Below, piece after piece: positions 37,401 through 47,029 of a DNA stretch of 64,000 nucleotides (the stretch's first letter is position 1; each line of letters opens with the position of its first letter). Made by a program: the position numbers and the translations under genes. The stretch comes from Verrucomicrobiota bacterium. GTDB lineage: Bacteria; Verrucomicrobiota; Kiritimatiellia; CAIQIC01; JAGNIJ01. Where the stretch lies: contig JAZDKK010000009.1 in assembly GCA_043803015.1 (NCBI GenBank), forward strand, positions 5,592-69,591. Direction: 5' to 3'. Below the pieces are notes generated by a model. It was not told the origin of the DNA. It ran no database searches and saw only the letters and a program-made list of their open reading frames with translations.

Positions 37401-38619
37401 GCTGCGCCTCGAGGAGATCAAGACGCTGTACGAAGTGCAGAAGATCCGGGCCATCAAGATCTGGCTCGGCGATGCGGGCATCCTGCGCGGGCCGGTGTAC
37501 CTCGATAACATCAGCGTGGGCCGCTACAACTACAACTCGTGGGGCATGATGAGCAGCAACCGCGAGTTCGCGATCGCGTGGATCCAGGACCGCCAGTGGA
37601 CGAACACGCTGAACCGGAGCGCCACCTTCCGCATGAACAACCTCAAGCCCGGCAAGTACAACGTGGAATGGTGGAACTCCCGGCGCGACGACATCAACTC
37701 GGCGCAGAACTTCGATGCCGCGACCGGCTCGCTCTACGCGGCGGACGTCCCGGACTTCGCCAAGGACATCGCGATCAAGATCCGGCGCATCGGCGCCACC
37801 AACGTCACGGTGCATGACGTGGCCGTGGGGTGCGTGAGCCAGCGCGACTGGATCGTGCGCAGCGCGAACGCGCGGGTCAACGTCACAGTCGTCAACCAGG
37901 GCACCTACAACGAGAATGTGAACCTGTACTTGTATGACGCCACGGCCACCCAGCAGGTCAGCACGGCCGGCGTATCCGTCAACGCCGGCCAGTCCCGGGG
38001 GGCGCAGTTCACCTGGGACTGCAGTAGCGCCTCGCTGGGCTGGCACACCCTCGTGGTGACCGCGGCCAACGTGTCGGGCGAGGCGGACCTGTCGGACAAC
38101 CGGCTGACGACGGAGGTGAAAGTCGTGGCGTACACGCCGCCGTGGGACCCCTGCGAGCGCACGCGTCGATGGGCGCCCCGGAGCGATATCACGGATGCCC
38201 GGTCCCTGGTCGTTTCCACGAACCGGGCGACGGAAGGCGGGACGTCGTTTCTTCTCACGTACGCGGCTCCGACCGGCTACGAGGCCCACGCGGAGATGTG
38301 GTTCGACAACGTGTTCGAGAACTGGGCCGGCAAGACCTCGGTGCGGGCGGACGTCTACCGCGAGAACGGCGGCGCCAGCAACGTCCAGTTCCAGATATGG
38401 ACCGGCACCAACTGGGCCTGGTACTACTCCTGGACGAAGGCGCTGACGCCCGGCTGGAACAGCAACGTGACCTTCACGTTGAACTCCACCGAGTGGGGCA
38501 ATACCAACGGGTGGGGTGTGACGCCCGGGAACCTCGACCGGGTCCAGCAGATTCTCTTCAAGTTCTCGGACTACACCAACGCGGGCTCCGCCTATCTCGA
38601 CAACATCCGCCTGCAATAG
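34444..38619 (+). CDS. Large secreted modular clan-A glycoside hydrolase (DUF5060 + GH5-like TIM barrel, CBM-like and CARDB modules)
   Basis: Signal peptide; DxDxDG repeats; VPRYEKFEL...WRVRFAP; IIARWGYS, WNLASE, FLGETG; three ...LD[NT][IV] beta-sandwich ends. Confidence 0.8.
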   Translation: MKSCIDGSRGWVCAAASIVVSSALAAAAPAADFAVAAVPSNADLRLEYDADTNSYYRIQAADSLTGTWSVLDFQLGASDFMSWMQPGVISTTECRFYRIGRVPLTNSLDYDADHLGDAYELSHPSFDLRDRDMDSDGLLDGDEVLAFDTSAFSPYSGASVQYTFATNDQGWGADTGAYGTAFVTWSTEGKPAGGPLAVLPAVGSGYGDYYIKDGDLLNNQDVVARPIYRAWFFIPADAPSGAVRVQPWVKSTADGWLAHYDTNFHTLQPGQWTLVSWDMLPTVSTQVLADVDEWAVKIVWDNRTTWDGTVLLDTVHTMPYLPATNLPPLITSVSPSSGTVPRYEKFELTVGLTNVYGLNPYDPADVDVEATFTSPSGAVRRVWGFYMEDESESYGHGGWRVRFAPNEVGTWSYQVRVSNRYGTNTASSSTFECTAGSHHGPIRVSADDSHYLEHQDGTPFYGIGYCRPYAADDEGLFADAREHGVNLLHWWMAPWDTLLTVKATVPGRENSTFYSYEQGRAREIDQVVRHAETYGVKLVFTIWTHDALRDFNYHAWRKNGSWQKAFDWKNNEPEEYINAFSLLDDPSMNQKFFHDAKYLRYQDQLYRYIIARWGYSEGIGLWNLASELYGTYANSLKCVRWQDPLYVTNKNALTGLDPYQNMDTNQVDGCDYTLSWITYIHDFFKTNDPYGHPTTACNETDEYWDDGFAIVDVPQIHAYSESYSWVTPPIMIHKYQRHMGEGFNKPAFLGETGSWKWQTYQPDFLRACIWPALCSGAAVTPMMWTVPPFGRYCDPVMGPWLDDMADEAFLFSRFIQGIDFPRLHLMEADVRAVDTSEPSPNLLESFESGVNTNWHMFGTGITSIAWSSAYSTHGTNSLRMNIDMGPWSVTTNPASGVEITTLDLDWAAYWPDGTLRVDLYIPEFYHPTNNPDGFLKGINRDPRAVVEIAAERESDHQWNWYSTRAEYAAEHNGWKKLTVGMLYNLELRLEEIKTLYEVQKIRAIKIWLGDAGILRGPVYLDNISVGRYNYNSWGMMSSNREFAIAWIQDRQWTNTLNRSATFRMNNLKPGKYNVEWWNSRRDDINSAQNFDAATGSLYAADVPDFAKDIAIKIRRIGATNVTVHDVAVGCVSQRDWIVRSANARVNVTVVNQGTYNENVNLYLYDATATQQVSTAGVSVNAGQSRGAQFTWDCSSASLGWHTLVVTAANVSGEADLSDNRLTTEVKVVAYTPPWDPCERTRRWAPRSDITDARSLVVSTNRATEGGTSFLLTYAAPTGYEAHAEMWFDNVFENWAGKTSVRADVYRENGGASNVQFQIWTGTNWAWYYSWTKALTPGWNSNVTFTLNSTEWGNTNGWGVTPGNLDRVQQILFKFSDYTNAGSAYLDNIRLQ

Positions 38620-38690
38620 CCGCGCGACCGGACCAGCGGCATAACGCGCGCCCTAACTGCCTCGCAGGACGGTCATTATGCGTCGCAACG

Positions 38691-38721
38691 GTGCGCGCTC
38701 GCGATGCGCGCACTTTTTTTT
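38691..38721 (+). terminator. Intrinsic terminator
   Basis: GTGCGCGC/GCGCGCAC stem followed by a T run. Confidence 0.7.
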
Positions 38722-38762
38722 CTTGTATCTAGGGCCGTTGACGCTAGAGATATGCAGCTTCG

Positions 38763-39056
38763 ATGAAGCAGTCTGAGCAGATGCCAGACCGCGAGCCATC
38801 CGGCTCGTGCGAAAAGTGCATCGTAGTCAGCAGCGTCGATCGCGCCACGGAACAGGCGGGGATGGCCGGGTGGCGGTTGGTCCTGTCCTCGACGCTGGTG
38901 TTCCTGCTCCCGCTCATGATGGCGATCGCGGGGGCGGCGGTTTCACGAAAGGGGCAGGCGTATCAGCTTGCCGGCGCCTTGGGGGGTTTTTTTGCCGGGG
39001 TGGTCCTGGCCTGGGTCGGGACCAGGCTGATCCGGCCCCGAAAGATGGTCAAGTAG
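38763..39056 (+). CDS. rseC: RseC/MucC-like small membrane protein
   Basis: CEKC, 'VFLLPL' and 2 TM immediately upstream of rnfC. Confidence 0.65.
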   Translation: MKQSEQMPDREPSGSCEKCIVVSSVDRATEQAGMAGWRLVLSSTLVFLLPLMMAIAGAAVSRKGQAYQLAGALGGFFAGVVLAWVGTRLIRPRKMVK

Positions 39057-40415
39057 ATGATCGCGAGTCTAAAAGGTTTTCCCGGGACAGGCAGTTTCTC
39101 GCGCGGGGTACATCCCCCCGGGCGGAAGAAGCTGGCGGAAGATGCGCCCATCGAGGTCCTGCCGACGCCGGCCCAGGTGGCGATTCCGCTCCTGCAGCAC
39201 ACCGGCGCGCCCTGCGAACCGCTGGTCAAGATCAAGCAGGAAGTGGTCCTGGGCGAGAAGATCGGCGACGCCGCGGGATTCATCTCGGCGCCGGTCCATG
39301 CTTCCATCGCCGGTACGGTCCAGATGGCATCCGTGGCCACGCTGCCGAACGGCCGCCATGTGAAGACCCTTCCGATCAAGGCAGGGCCGAACCAGCTTTC
39401 GGGTGACGCGCTGAAGGAGGAGATCTTCGGGGGTGAATGGCCGAAGACCGGCCTCGAGCGGCATGCGCCCGAGCAGATCGTCAAGGCCGTCCGCGAGGCG
39501 GGCCTGGTCGGACTCGGCGGCGCGGCGTTCCCGACACACGTCAAGCTGACGCGCAACGAGAAGAGGCCCGTGGACACCCTGCTGGTCAACGGGTGCGAGT
39601 GCGAACCATACCTGACTTCGGATTACCGCCTGATGCTCGAGTTTCCGGCCCCGATCGTCACCGGCGCGCTCCTGGCGGCGCACGCGGCCGGCGCGAAACA
39701 GATCATCATCGCGATCGAGAGCAACAAGCCGGCCGCGGCGGAGGCCCTGCGCAAGGCCGCCGAGGGCACGGCCGTCAAGGTCGCGGTGGTGAAGACCAAG
39801 TACCCGATGGGCGGCGAGCGCCAGGTCATCCCGGCCGTGCTGAAGCGCGAGGTGCCCACCAGCGGCCTGCCGCTGGACGTCGGGGTCGTCGTGATCAATG
39901 TCGGGACGGCCGCCGCGCTGGCACGGGCGGTCCTGCGCGGCAAGCCGCTGACCCACCGCATCGTCAGCGTGACGGGGGCCGGGGTCTCGAAGCCGAAGAA
40001 CCTGCTCGTGCCGGTCGGGGCGAGCTACGGCGAGCTGATCGATTTCTGCGGCGGGCTGACCGCGGACGCCGCGCGCGTGATCGCCGGCGGGCCCATGATG
40101 GGCTTTGCGCTGGCCGCCTTCCACAACGTGCCGGTGACCAAGGGCACGAGCGGCGTCGTGGTCCTGACGAAAGAGGACGTGCGCCGCAGCGAGGAAACAG
40201 CCTGCGTCCGGTGCGGGCGCTGCGTGGACGTGTGCCCGCTGCACCTGGTCCCGACCAAGATGGCGCTGTCCTCGAGGTACCAGGACTGGGAGCAGGCCAA
40301 GCGGTACCAGCTCATGGCGTGCTGCGAGTGCGGCTGCTGCGCGTACGTCTGCCCGGCCAGCATTCCGCTGGTCCAGCTGATGCGGGTCGGCAAGGCGCTG
40401 ATGCCGAAGGACTAG
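39057..40415 (+). CDS. rnfC: Rnf complex subunit C
   Basis: GLGGAAFPTHVK, NGCECEPYLTSD, GGPMMG, two 4Fe-4S motifs. Confidence 0.96.
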   Translation: MIASLKGFPGTGSFSRGVHPPGRKKLAEDAPIEVLPTPAQVAIPLLQHTGAPCEPLVKIKQEVVLGEKIGDAAGFISAPVHASIAGTVQMASVATLPNGRHVKTLPIKAGPNQLSGDALKEEIFGGEWPKTGLERHAPEQIVKAVREAGLVGLGGAAFPTHVKLTRNEKRPVDTLLVNGCECEPYLTSDYRLMLEFPAPIVTGALLAAHAAGAKQIIIAIESNKPAAAEALRKAAEGTAVKVAVVKTKYPMGGERQVIPAVLKREVPTSGLPLDVGVVVINVGTAAALARAVLRGKPLTHRIVSVTGAGVSKPKNLLVPVGASYGELIDFCGGLTADAARVIAGGPMMGFALAAFHNVPVTKGTSGVVVLTKEDVRRSEETACVRCGRCVDVCPLHLVPTKMALSSRYQDWEQAKRYQLMACCECGCCAYVCPASIPLVQLMRVGKALMPKD

Positions 40416-40422
40416 GACTTCC

Positions 40423-41442
40423 ATGGCCGACGAAACAATCAAGAGCGCGGAGACCCAGGCGGGAGCGAAGCCGGCTCCCTCCGTCATCGTGGCGCCCGCT
40501 CCGCATGTGTTCAGCGGGGCGCTGACGACGCGGAAGATGATGTTCGACGTCCTCCTGGCGCTCGTGCCGGTGTTCATCGCCTCGGTGTGGGTCTTCCGGC
40601 TGTACGCCGTGATCCAGCTCTTTATCTGCGTCACCAGCGCGCTGGTGGCCGAGGCGGTGTTCACGAAGATGCGCGGCAAGCGGCTGAGCCTGGGCGACGG
40701 CTCCGCCGCGGTGACGGGCGCGATCCTCGCCTTCTCCCTGCCGCCGACCGCGCCCTGGTACGTCGGCGCCGTCGGGTCGACCGTCGCCATCGGCATCGGC
40801 AAGATCATCTTCGGCGGGCTGGGCAGCAACATCTTCAACCCGGCCATGCTCGGCCGCGCCTTCGTGATGATCGCATTCCCTGCCTTCATGGGCGCGACGG
40901 CGTACGTAAATCCGGCCGCCGGGATCGACGTGCTGACCCAGGCCACCCCGCTCACGGCGCTCAAACAGCTCGGCCAATCCGTCGGTCTCTTCCCTCTTTT
41001 CCTGGGCACGACCAACGGCTCCGTCGGCGAGACCAGCGCGCTGGCGTGCCTCGTCGGCGGTCTGTACCTCTGCCTGCGCCGGACGGCCTCGTGGCAGATC
41101 CCGCTCGGCGTGATCCTGGCCGCGGCCGCCATCGCCGGGGCCATGGGCCTCAAGGGCCCGCCCTCCAACTGGACGGTCCTGCACGAGCTCATGAGCGGAG
41201 CGCTCCTGTTCGGCGCCTTCTATATCGCGACAGATCCCGTCACGAGCCCGTTGACGCCGAAGGGCAAGTTCATCTTCGGGCTGGGGGTGGGGGCGTTGAT
41301 CATGCTGATTCGCAAGCTCAGCGGCTACCCGGAGGGCGTGATGTTCTCAGTGCTGATCGTGAATTCGGTGGTGCCGCTGATCAACCGCTGGACGGTCCCG
41401 ACGCCGGTGGGCGGACTGGTGCCGGAGAAGAAGGCGGCATGA
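40423..41442 (+). CDS. rnfD: Rnf complex subunit D
   Basis: FGGLGSNIFNPA, TQATPL (FMN-Thr), ATDPVTSP. Confidence 0.95.
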   Translation: MADETIKSAETQAGAKPAPSVIVAPAPHVFSGALTTRKMMFDVLLALVPVFIASVWVFRLYAVIQLFICVTSALVAEAVFTKMRGKRLSLGDGSAAVTGAILAFSLPPTAPWYVGAVGSTVAIGIGKIIFGGLGSNIFNPAMLGRAFVMIAFPAFMGATAYVNPAAGIDVLTQATPLTALKQLGQSVGLFPLFLGTTNGSVGETSALACLVGGLYLCLRRTASWQIPLGVILAAAAIAGAMGLKGPPSNWTVLHELMSGALLFGAFYIATDPVTSPLTPKGKFIFGLGVGALIMLIRKLSGYPEGVMFSVLIVNSVVPLINRWTVPTPVGGLVPEKKAA

Positions 41443-41993
41443 AGAACAGCTACATAGCGCAGGCCTGGCTGGTGATCGTGCTGTCGCTCGGTTTCGGCGC
41501 GGCGCTGGCCGGCGTCCAGGCCACGCTGAAGCCGAAGATCGAACTGAACAAGCTGAACGACACCATCAGCCAGATTCCGAAGCTGGTGCCGGGGGCGACC
41601 GGCGGCCAGGCGGAGAAGATCGGCGACCAAGCCGCCTTCCGGGCCACGGACGCCGAGGGCCGGCATGTCGGCTGGGTCATCCCGGCCCGCGGGCAGGGGT
41701 TCGCCGACGTGCTCGAGCTGTTGATCGGGCTGGACAAGGACGTCCAGCAGATCACCGGGCTCTACGTGCTGGATCAGAAGGAAACGCCGGGCCTGGGCAA
41801 CAAGATCGTCGAGGACGTTTGGCGGGCACAGTTTGCGGGGAAGAAGCTGGCGACGGAGCTCGTGGTGACGAAGGCGAAGCCGAAACAGGACCAGGAGGTC
41901 CAGGCGGTGACCGGGGCGACCATCTCGTCGGACAGCGTGGTGGGTATTGTGAACGGAGCCGTGGCCAAGTTCAGGGCGGCGATGAGCAAGTAA
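41439..41993 (+). CDS. rnfG: Rnf complex subunit G
   Basis: ETPGLG and TGATISS FMN motif. Confidence 0.93.
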   Translation: MKNSYIAQAWLVIVLSLGFGAALAGVQATLKPKIELNKLNDTISQIPKLVPGATGGQAEKIGDQAAFRATDAEGRHVGWVIPARGQGFADVLELLIGLDKDVQQITGLYVLDQKETPGLGNKIVEDVWRAQFAGKKLATELVVTKAKPKQDQEVQAVTGATISSDSVVGIVNGAVAKFRAAMSK

Positions 41994-42017
41994 GCAGTTT
42001 CGAAGGATCGAGTACGC

Positions 42018-42677
42018 ATGAGGAATGACGGGCCAACATCTCTTGAGAGGTTCATCAACGGCATCCTGCCGGAGAACCCGACGTACCGGCAGATCCTGGG
42101 CATCTGTCCGTCGCTGGCGGTGTCGAACACGATGGAGGGCGCCATCACGATGGCCGGCGCCGTGGCCTTCGTGCTGATCGGCTCGAACCTGATGATCAGC
42201 CTGATCCGCAACCTGCTCAAGCCGCACCTGCGGATCCTGGTGTTCACGCTGACCATCGCCGCGTTCGTGACGATTGCCGACCGTTTCCTGGCGGCCTACA
42301 TGTACGACATGAGCAAGCAGCTCGGGCCGTACGTGCCCCTGATCATCGTGAACTGCATCATCATTGCCCGCTGCGAGGTCTGCGCGGCCAAGCAGGGGAT
42401 CCTGCCGTCGCTGGCGGACGCCGTCGGCCAGTCGCTCGGCTTCGCGCTGGGCCTGGCCAGCATCGCGACGATCCGCGAGATCCTCGGCTTCGGCACGTGG
42501 TTCGGGAAGTGGCTGGGCTGGCGGGTCATCCCGGCCGCGCCGCCGCAGGTCTGGTCGGAATGGGTCATCATGATCCTGCCGCCGGGCGCGTTCCTCACGC
42601 TGGGCCTGCTGATGGGCGTCATGAACTGGATCGAGTCGGTTCACAAGCGCAAGGCGAAGAAGGAGGCTGCGGCATGA
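42018..42677 (+). CDS. rnfE: Rnf complex subunit E
   Basis: ENP...[24 protein letters not shown]. Confidence 0.93.
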   Translation: MRNDGPTSLERFINGILPENPTYRQILGICPSLAVSNTMEGAITMAGAVAFVLIGSNLMISLIRNLLKPHLRILVFTLTIAAFVTIADRFLAAYMYDMSKQLGPYVPLIIVNCIIIARCEVCAAKQGILPSLADAVGQSLGFALGLASIATIREILGFGTWFGKWLGWRVIPAAPPQVWSEWVIMILPPGAFLTLGLLMGVMNWIESVHKRKAKKEAAA

Positions 42678-43456
42678 ACTACGCTTCCTCCCTCATCGTC
42701 CTGGCGATCACGACCGCGTTGATCAACAACATGGTGTTCCACTTCTTCGTCGGGAACTGCCCGTTCATCGGGGTCTCCCGACGGCTGGACACCGCGTTCG
42801 GCATGGGCGCCGCGGTCACGTTTGTGACGACCATCGCGGCGGTCCTGAGCTGGGTGATGACGTACTTCGTGATGGCGCCCGGCGCCCCGCTCACGACGTG
42901 GATCTGGCACAAGATCCAGCCGAACTCGCAGATCGTGCCGGACCTCAGCATCCTCAACTACATCGTGTACATCTTCCTGATCGCCTGGGCGGTGCAGCTG
43001 GTGGAGATGTACATCCGCAAGTTCTTCCCGGCGCTGTACAAGGCCTTCGGCGTCTACCTGCCGCTGATCACGACGAACTGCGTGATCCTCTTCGTCTGCC
43101 TCGAGATCATGAAGCACGTGCAGACCCCGGCGGCGGCCGTGCCGGATCCCTGGGACCTGGGCAAGGCCCTGACCTACTCGTTCTTCGCCGGCTTCGGCTT
43201 CCTGATCGCCATCGTGATTATGGCGGGCATCCGCGAGGAGCTCGAGCACTGCGACGTGCCGAAGCCGCTCCGGGGGGCGGGCATCACGCTCATCATCGCC
43301 GGCATCCTGTCGCTGGCCTTCATGGGCCTGACGGGCGTGGACAACAACGTCTCCAAGCTGATGAACCGCGCGTTCCCGGCCAAGGCGGAGGTCGCCGGCA
43401 GTCCGGCCGCCGCCGCGGAACAGCCGGCCGCCGCGCCGAAGGCGGAGCAGAGGTAG
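42674..43456 (+). CDS. rnfA: Rnf complex subunit A
   Basis: [23 protein letters not shown]. Confidence 0.93.
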   Translation: MNYASSLIVLAITTALINNMVFHFFVGNCPFIGVSRRLDTAFGMGAAVTFVTTIAAVLSWVMTYFVMAPGAPLTTWIWHKIQPNSQIVPDLSILNYIVYIFLIAWAVQLVEMYIRKFFPALYKAFGVYLPLITTNCVILFVCLEIMKHVQTPAAAVPDPWDLGKALTYSFFAGFGFLIAIVIMAGIREELEHCDVPKPLRGAGITLIIAGILSLAFMGLTGVDNNVSKLMNRAFPAKAEVAGSPAAAAEQPAAAPKAEQR

Positions 43457-43458
43457 GT

Positions 43459-44370
43459 ATGGATCTCACGGTCATACTGTTGGCGGGCGGGACCATGCTG
43501 GTCCTCGCCGTGATGGCGGGCCAGTCGCTCGGCTGGGCGAACAAGGTGTTCCACGTGGTGATCGATCCGCGCATCGAGGCCGTGCATGCGGCCCTTCCCG
43601 GCACGAACTGCGGGGCCTGCGGCTTCCCCGGCTGCATGGCCTGTGCGGAGGCCATCGCGGCGGGCAAGGCGCCGCCGAACAAATGCCCGGTGGGCGGCGA
43701 GAACACCGGCAAGGCCGTCGCCAAGATCATGGGCGTGGAGCTCAAGCCGACGTGGCCGTACCGGCCCGTCGTGCACTGCCGGGCCACCTCGGCCGACAAG
43801 CTTCAGTTGGGCGAGTACCGCGGCGAGCCGACCTGCACGGCCGCCAACCTGATCAGCGGCGTGCAGGGCTGCAAGTACGGATGTCTCGGCCTGAGCGAGT
43901 GCGTGACCGCGTGCGAGTTCGACGCGATCCACATGGTCGTCGTCCTCGCCGTCGTGGACTACGACGCGTGCGTCGGGTGCGCGGCCTGCGCCAAGGCCTG
44001 CCCGCGGAACATCATCACGATGGTGCCGTTCAAGATGGAGCGCATGCTGGTCGTGGCCTGCTCCAACAAGGACATCGCGCGGGAAGTGAAGGCGGTGTGC
44101 AAGGTGGGATGCATCGGCTGCACGGCGTGCTCGAAGGTCAGCCAGCTGTTCAAGATCTCGGTGAAGATCCCGGTGATCGACTACGACGCGTACGATCCCG
44201 AGAAGATGGACGCCGCGTTGATCGCCGTGAGCAAGTGCCCCGCCAAGAGCCTGACGTTCGTCGGCAAGCCGTCGTCGACCGACATGGCCAAGGTCGCCCA
44301 CGAAAAGGCCCCCGACCTGGTCGAGGTGGACTTCAAGACCACCGTGGACAAGACCGAATGGCACGGCTGA
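43459..44370 (+). CDS. rnfB: Rnf complex subunit B
   Basis: LPGTNCGACGFPGC, multiple Fe-S motifs. Confidence 0.93.
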   Translation: MDLTVILLAGGTMLVLAVMAGQSLGWANKVFHVVIDPRIEAVHAALPGTNCGACGFPGCMACAEAIAAGKAPPNKCPVGGENTGKAVAKIMGVELKPTWPYRPVVHCRATSADKLQLGEYRGEPTCTAANLISGVQGCKYGCLGLSECVTACEFDAIHMVVVLAVVDYDACVGCAACAKACPRNIITMVPFKMERMLVVACSNKDIAREVKAVCKVGCIGCTACSKVSQLFKISVKIPVIDYDAYDPEKMDAALIAVSKCPAKSLTFVGKPSSTDMAKVAHEKAPDLVEVDFKTTVDKTEWHG

Positions 44371-44521
44371 GTCTTCCGCGGCCGGCCAGCCCTCGTTCAG
44401 AGCCCCCTCCCGGAATGCGGCAGCATTGCCGTATCGCCGCCCTTGCATTTTGCGTTGCCGGGGCCGAAGTTAAGGCTAGAGTTCCACGGTTCGAAGGGCT
44501 TGAAAAGGCGGTTCGCCGGCC

Positions 44522-45385
44522 ATGAACGCCATACTCGAAAAGAAGCAGCTTTCAGACGAAGTGTACCTGATGAGGATCCGCGCTCCTCTGATCGCCGAAG
44601 AGCGCCAGCCCGGCCAGTTCGTGATCCTCCAGGTGGACGAGGACTACGGCGAGCGGATCCCGCTGACGATTGCCGACGCGGACCCGAACGAGGGCTGGAT
44701 CATGATCGTCTTCCAGACGGTCGGCAAGACGACCCACGCCCTGGCGGAGCTCGGGGAAGGCGACGCCGTGGCCGCCCTGGTCGGGCCGCTCGGCAAGCCG
44801 ACCCACATCGAGCACTACGGAACGGTGGTCTGCGTCGGCGGCGGCATCGGCGTGGCGCCGCTGCACCCGATCGCGCAGGCCCTCAAGCGCGCGGGCAACC
44901 GGCTGATCGTCATCCTCGGCGCGCGGAGCCGGAACCTGATCGTGCTGGAAGACCGGATGCGCGCGATCGCCGACGAGCTGATCGTCTGCACCGATGACGG
45001 CTCGTACGGGATGAAGGCCCTGGTGACCGGGCCGCTCAAGGAGATCTGCGAACGGGCGCCCAAGCCCGACCTGGCCGTGGCCATTGGCCCGCCGATCATG
45101 ATGAAAGCCTGCGCGGATCTTACCCGGGGCTATCACGTGCCCATCGTCGTTTCGCTGAACAGCATCATGATCGACGGAACGGGCATGTGCGGCGGATGCC
45201 GCGTCAGTGTCGGCGGCAAGACCCGGTTCACCTGCGTGGACGGGCCGGAGTTCGACGGCCACCTGGTGGATTTCGATCTCCTTATGAAGCGCCTGCGGGC
45301 CTACAAGCGGCACGAGGACGAGGCGCACGAGAAGTGCCATCTGGAGATGCAGGTCCGGAACGCAAAACCGAAGGCCCGGACGTAG
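44522..45385 (+). CDS. nfnA: Electron-bifurcating transhydrogenase small subunit
   Basis: ERIPLTIAD, GPLG, GGGIG, MIDGTGMCGGCR...CVDGPEFDGH. Confidence 0.92.
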   Translation: MNAILEKKQLSDEVYLMRIRAPLIAEERQPGQFVILQVDEDYGERIPLTIADADPNEGWIMIVFQTVGKTTHALAELGEGDAVAALVGPLGKPTHIEHYGTVVCVGGGIGVAPLHPIAQALKRAGNRLIVILGARSRNLIVLEDRMRAIADELIVCTDDGSYGMKALVTGPLKEICERAPKPDLAVAIGPPIMMKACADLTRGYHVPIVVSLNSIMIDGTGMCGGCRVSVGGKTRFTCVDGPEFDGHLVDFDLLMKRLRAYKRHEDEAHEKCHLEMQVRNAKPKART

Positions 45386-45431
45386 GGTACGAGCCCGGCC
45401 GGCGAACGCCTCTCCGGATCGAGGCTGACCC

Positions 45432-46928
45432 ATGAGTCACAAACCGAAAGAACACCTGGCGACGGAAGCCCGGGAGCGTCTGGCGCAGATCCTGCCGCGC
45501 AAGGACGCCCTCAAGCCGAAGGACCGGCTGGCGATTCCCCCGCAGGAGATGCCGGCCCAGCATCCCGGGGTGCGCCGGCGGAACGTCTCGGAGGTGGCCC
45601 TGGGGTTCACGCCCGAGCAGGCGCGGCTGGAGGCGCTGCGCTGCCTGGAGTGCAAGAACAAGCCCTGCGTGGAGGGCTGCCCGGTGCGGATCGACATCCC
45701 CGGCTTCATCAAGGCCGTCGCGGACGGGGACTTCAAGACCGGCATCGAGATCATCAAGCGCAACAGCCTCCTGCCCGCCGTCTGCGGCCGCGTCTGTCCC
45801 CAGGAGGTCCAGTGCCAGGAGCCCTGCACCGTGGGGAAGGCGCTGAAGGACATCAACAAGGCGGTGAGCATCGGGCGGATCGAGCGGTTCGTGGCGGACT
45901 GGGAGCGGGAGTCGGGGCATTTCCAGGCGCCCTCGGTGAAGCCGGACACGGGCAGGAAGGTGGGCGTGATCGGGAGCGGGCCGGCCAGCCTCGTGGTGGC
46001 CGCCGACGTCCGGCGCGAGGGCCACGCGGTGACGATCTTCGAGGCGTTCCACAAGCCCGGCGGCGTGATGATCTACGGCATCCCGGAGTTCCGCCTCCCC
46101 AAGAAGATCGTCCAGATGGAGATCGACACGCTGAAGGCCATGGGCGTGGAGATCCGGACGAACTTCGTCATCGGCCGGACGCGCAAGCTGACGGACCTGA
46201 TGACGAAGGACGGGTACCACGCCCTGTTCATCGGCACGGGGGCCGGGCTCCCCAAGTTCATGAACATCGAGGGCGAGAACCTGATCGGCGTCTTCTCGGC
46301 GAACGAATACCTGACCCGCGCCAACCTGATGAAGGCGTACGAGTTCGGCCGCGCCGACACCCCGATCACGCGGTCGCACAAGGTCGTCGTGCTCGGCGGC
46401 GGCAACGTGGCGATGGACGCGGCTCGCATGGCCCTGCGGCTGGGGGCCGAGGAAGTCCACCTCGTGTACCGGAGGACGGAGGTGGAGATGCCGGCGCGGG
46501 TCGAAGAAGTCCAGCACGCCAAGGAAGAAGGCGTCGTCTTCCACCTCCTTCAGAACGCCCAGCGGATCGCGGGCGATGACTACGGGTGCGTGACCGGCAT
46601 CGAATGCCTGAGGTACGAACTCGGCGACCCCGACGAGTCGGGGCGGCGCCGCCCCGTGGAGATAAAGGGCAGCGAATTCATGATGCCCTGCGACACCGTC
46701 ATCGTCGCCATCGGCAACGAGTCCAACCCGCTGCTCACGCAGACCACCCCGCAGCTGGTGACCAACACGTGGGGCAACATCATCGTGGACGAAAACGGAA
46801 AAACCTCGCTCGAAGGAGTTTACGCCGGCGGCGACATCGTCCTCGGCGCCGCCACGGTCATCCTCGCGATGGGGCAGGGCCGGGTGGCCGCCAAGTCCAT
46901 CAACGAATACCTGGCCGCGAAACGCTGA
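45432..46928 (+). CDS. nfnB: Electron-bifurcating transhydrogenase large subunit (GltD-like)
   Basis: RCLEC...GCPV, CGRVCPQE, YGIPEFRLPK, GGGNVAMD, GAATVILAMG; follows nfnA. Confidence 0.92.
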   Translation: MSHKPKEHLATEARERLAQILPRKDALKPKDRLAIPPQEMPAQHPGVRRRNVSEVALGFTPEQARLEALRCLECKNKPCVEGCPVRIDIPGFIKAVADGDFKTGIEIIKRNSLLPAVCGRVCPQEVQCQEPCTVGKALKDINKAVSIGRIERFVADWERESGHFQAPSVKPDTGRKVGVIGSGPASLVVAADVRREGHAVTIFEAFHKPGGVMIYGIPEFRLPKKIVQMEIDTLKAMGVEIRTNFVIGRTRKLTDLMTKDGYHALFIGTGAGLPKFMNIEGENLIGVFSANEYLTRANLMKAYEFGRADTPITRSHKVVVLGGGNVAMDAARMALRLGAEEVHLVYRRTEVEMPARVEEVQHAKEEGVVFHLLQNAQRIAGDDYGCVTGIECLRYELGDPDESGRRRPVEIKGSEFMMPCDTVIVAIGNESNPLLTQTTPQLVTNTWGNIIVDENGKTSLEGVYAGGDIVLGAATVILAMGQGRVAAKSINEYLAAKR

Positions 46929-46939
46929 CCCGGAACACC

Positions 46940-47025
46940 GGCGCGCAGCCCTGCGGACTGCGCGCCCTACAACGCCCGTCATGGTAGGGCGCGAACCCTT
47001 CCGGGGTGGCGCCGGGGTTGCGCCC
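46940..47025. repeat. Back-to-back GTAG REP pair
   Basis: GGCGCGCAG...CTGCGCGCC-CTAC ... GTAG-GGCGCGAACCC...GGGGTTGCGCCC. Confidence 0.7.
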
Positions 47026-47029
47026 GCTC

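Noticed and set aside
34504-38616. 1370-aa antisense ORF
   Set aside because: Mirror frame of the glycoside hydrolase; no domain signatures.
45432-46928. Glutamate synthase small subunit
   Set aside because: Paired with nfnA and no gltB adjacent; NfnB fits better.
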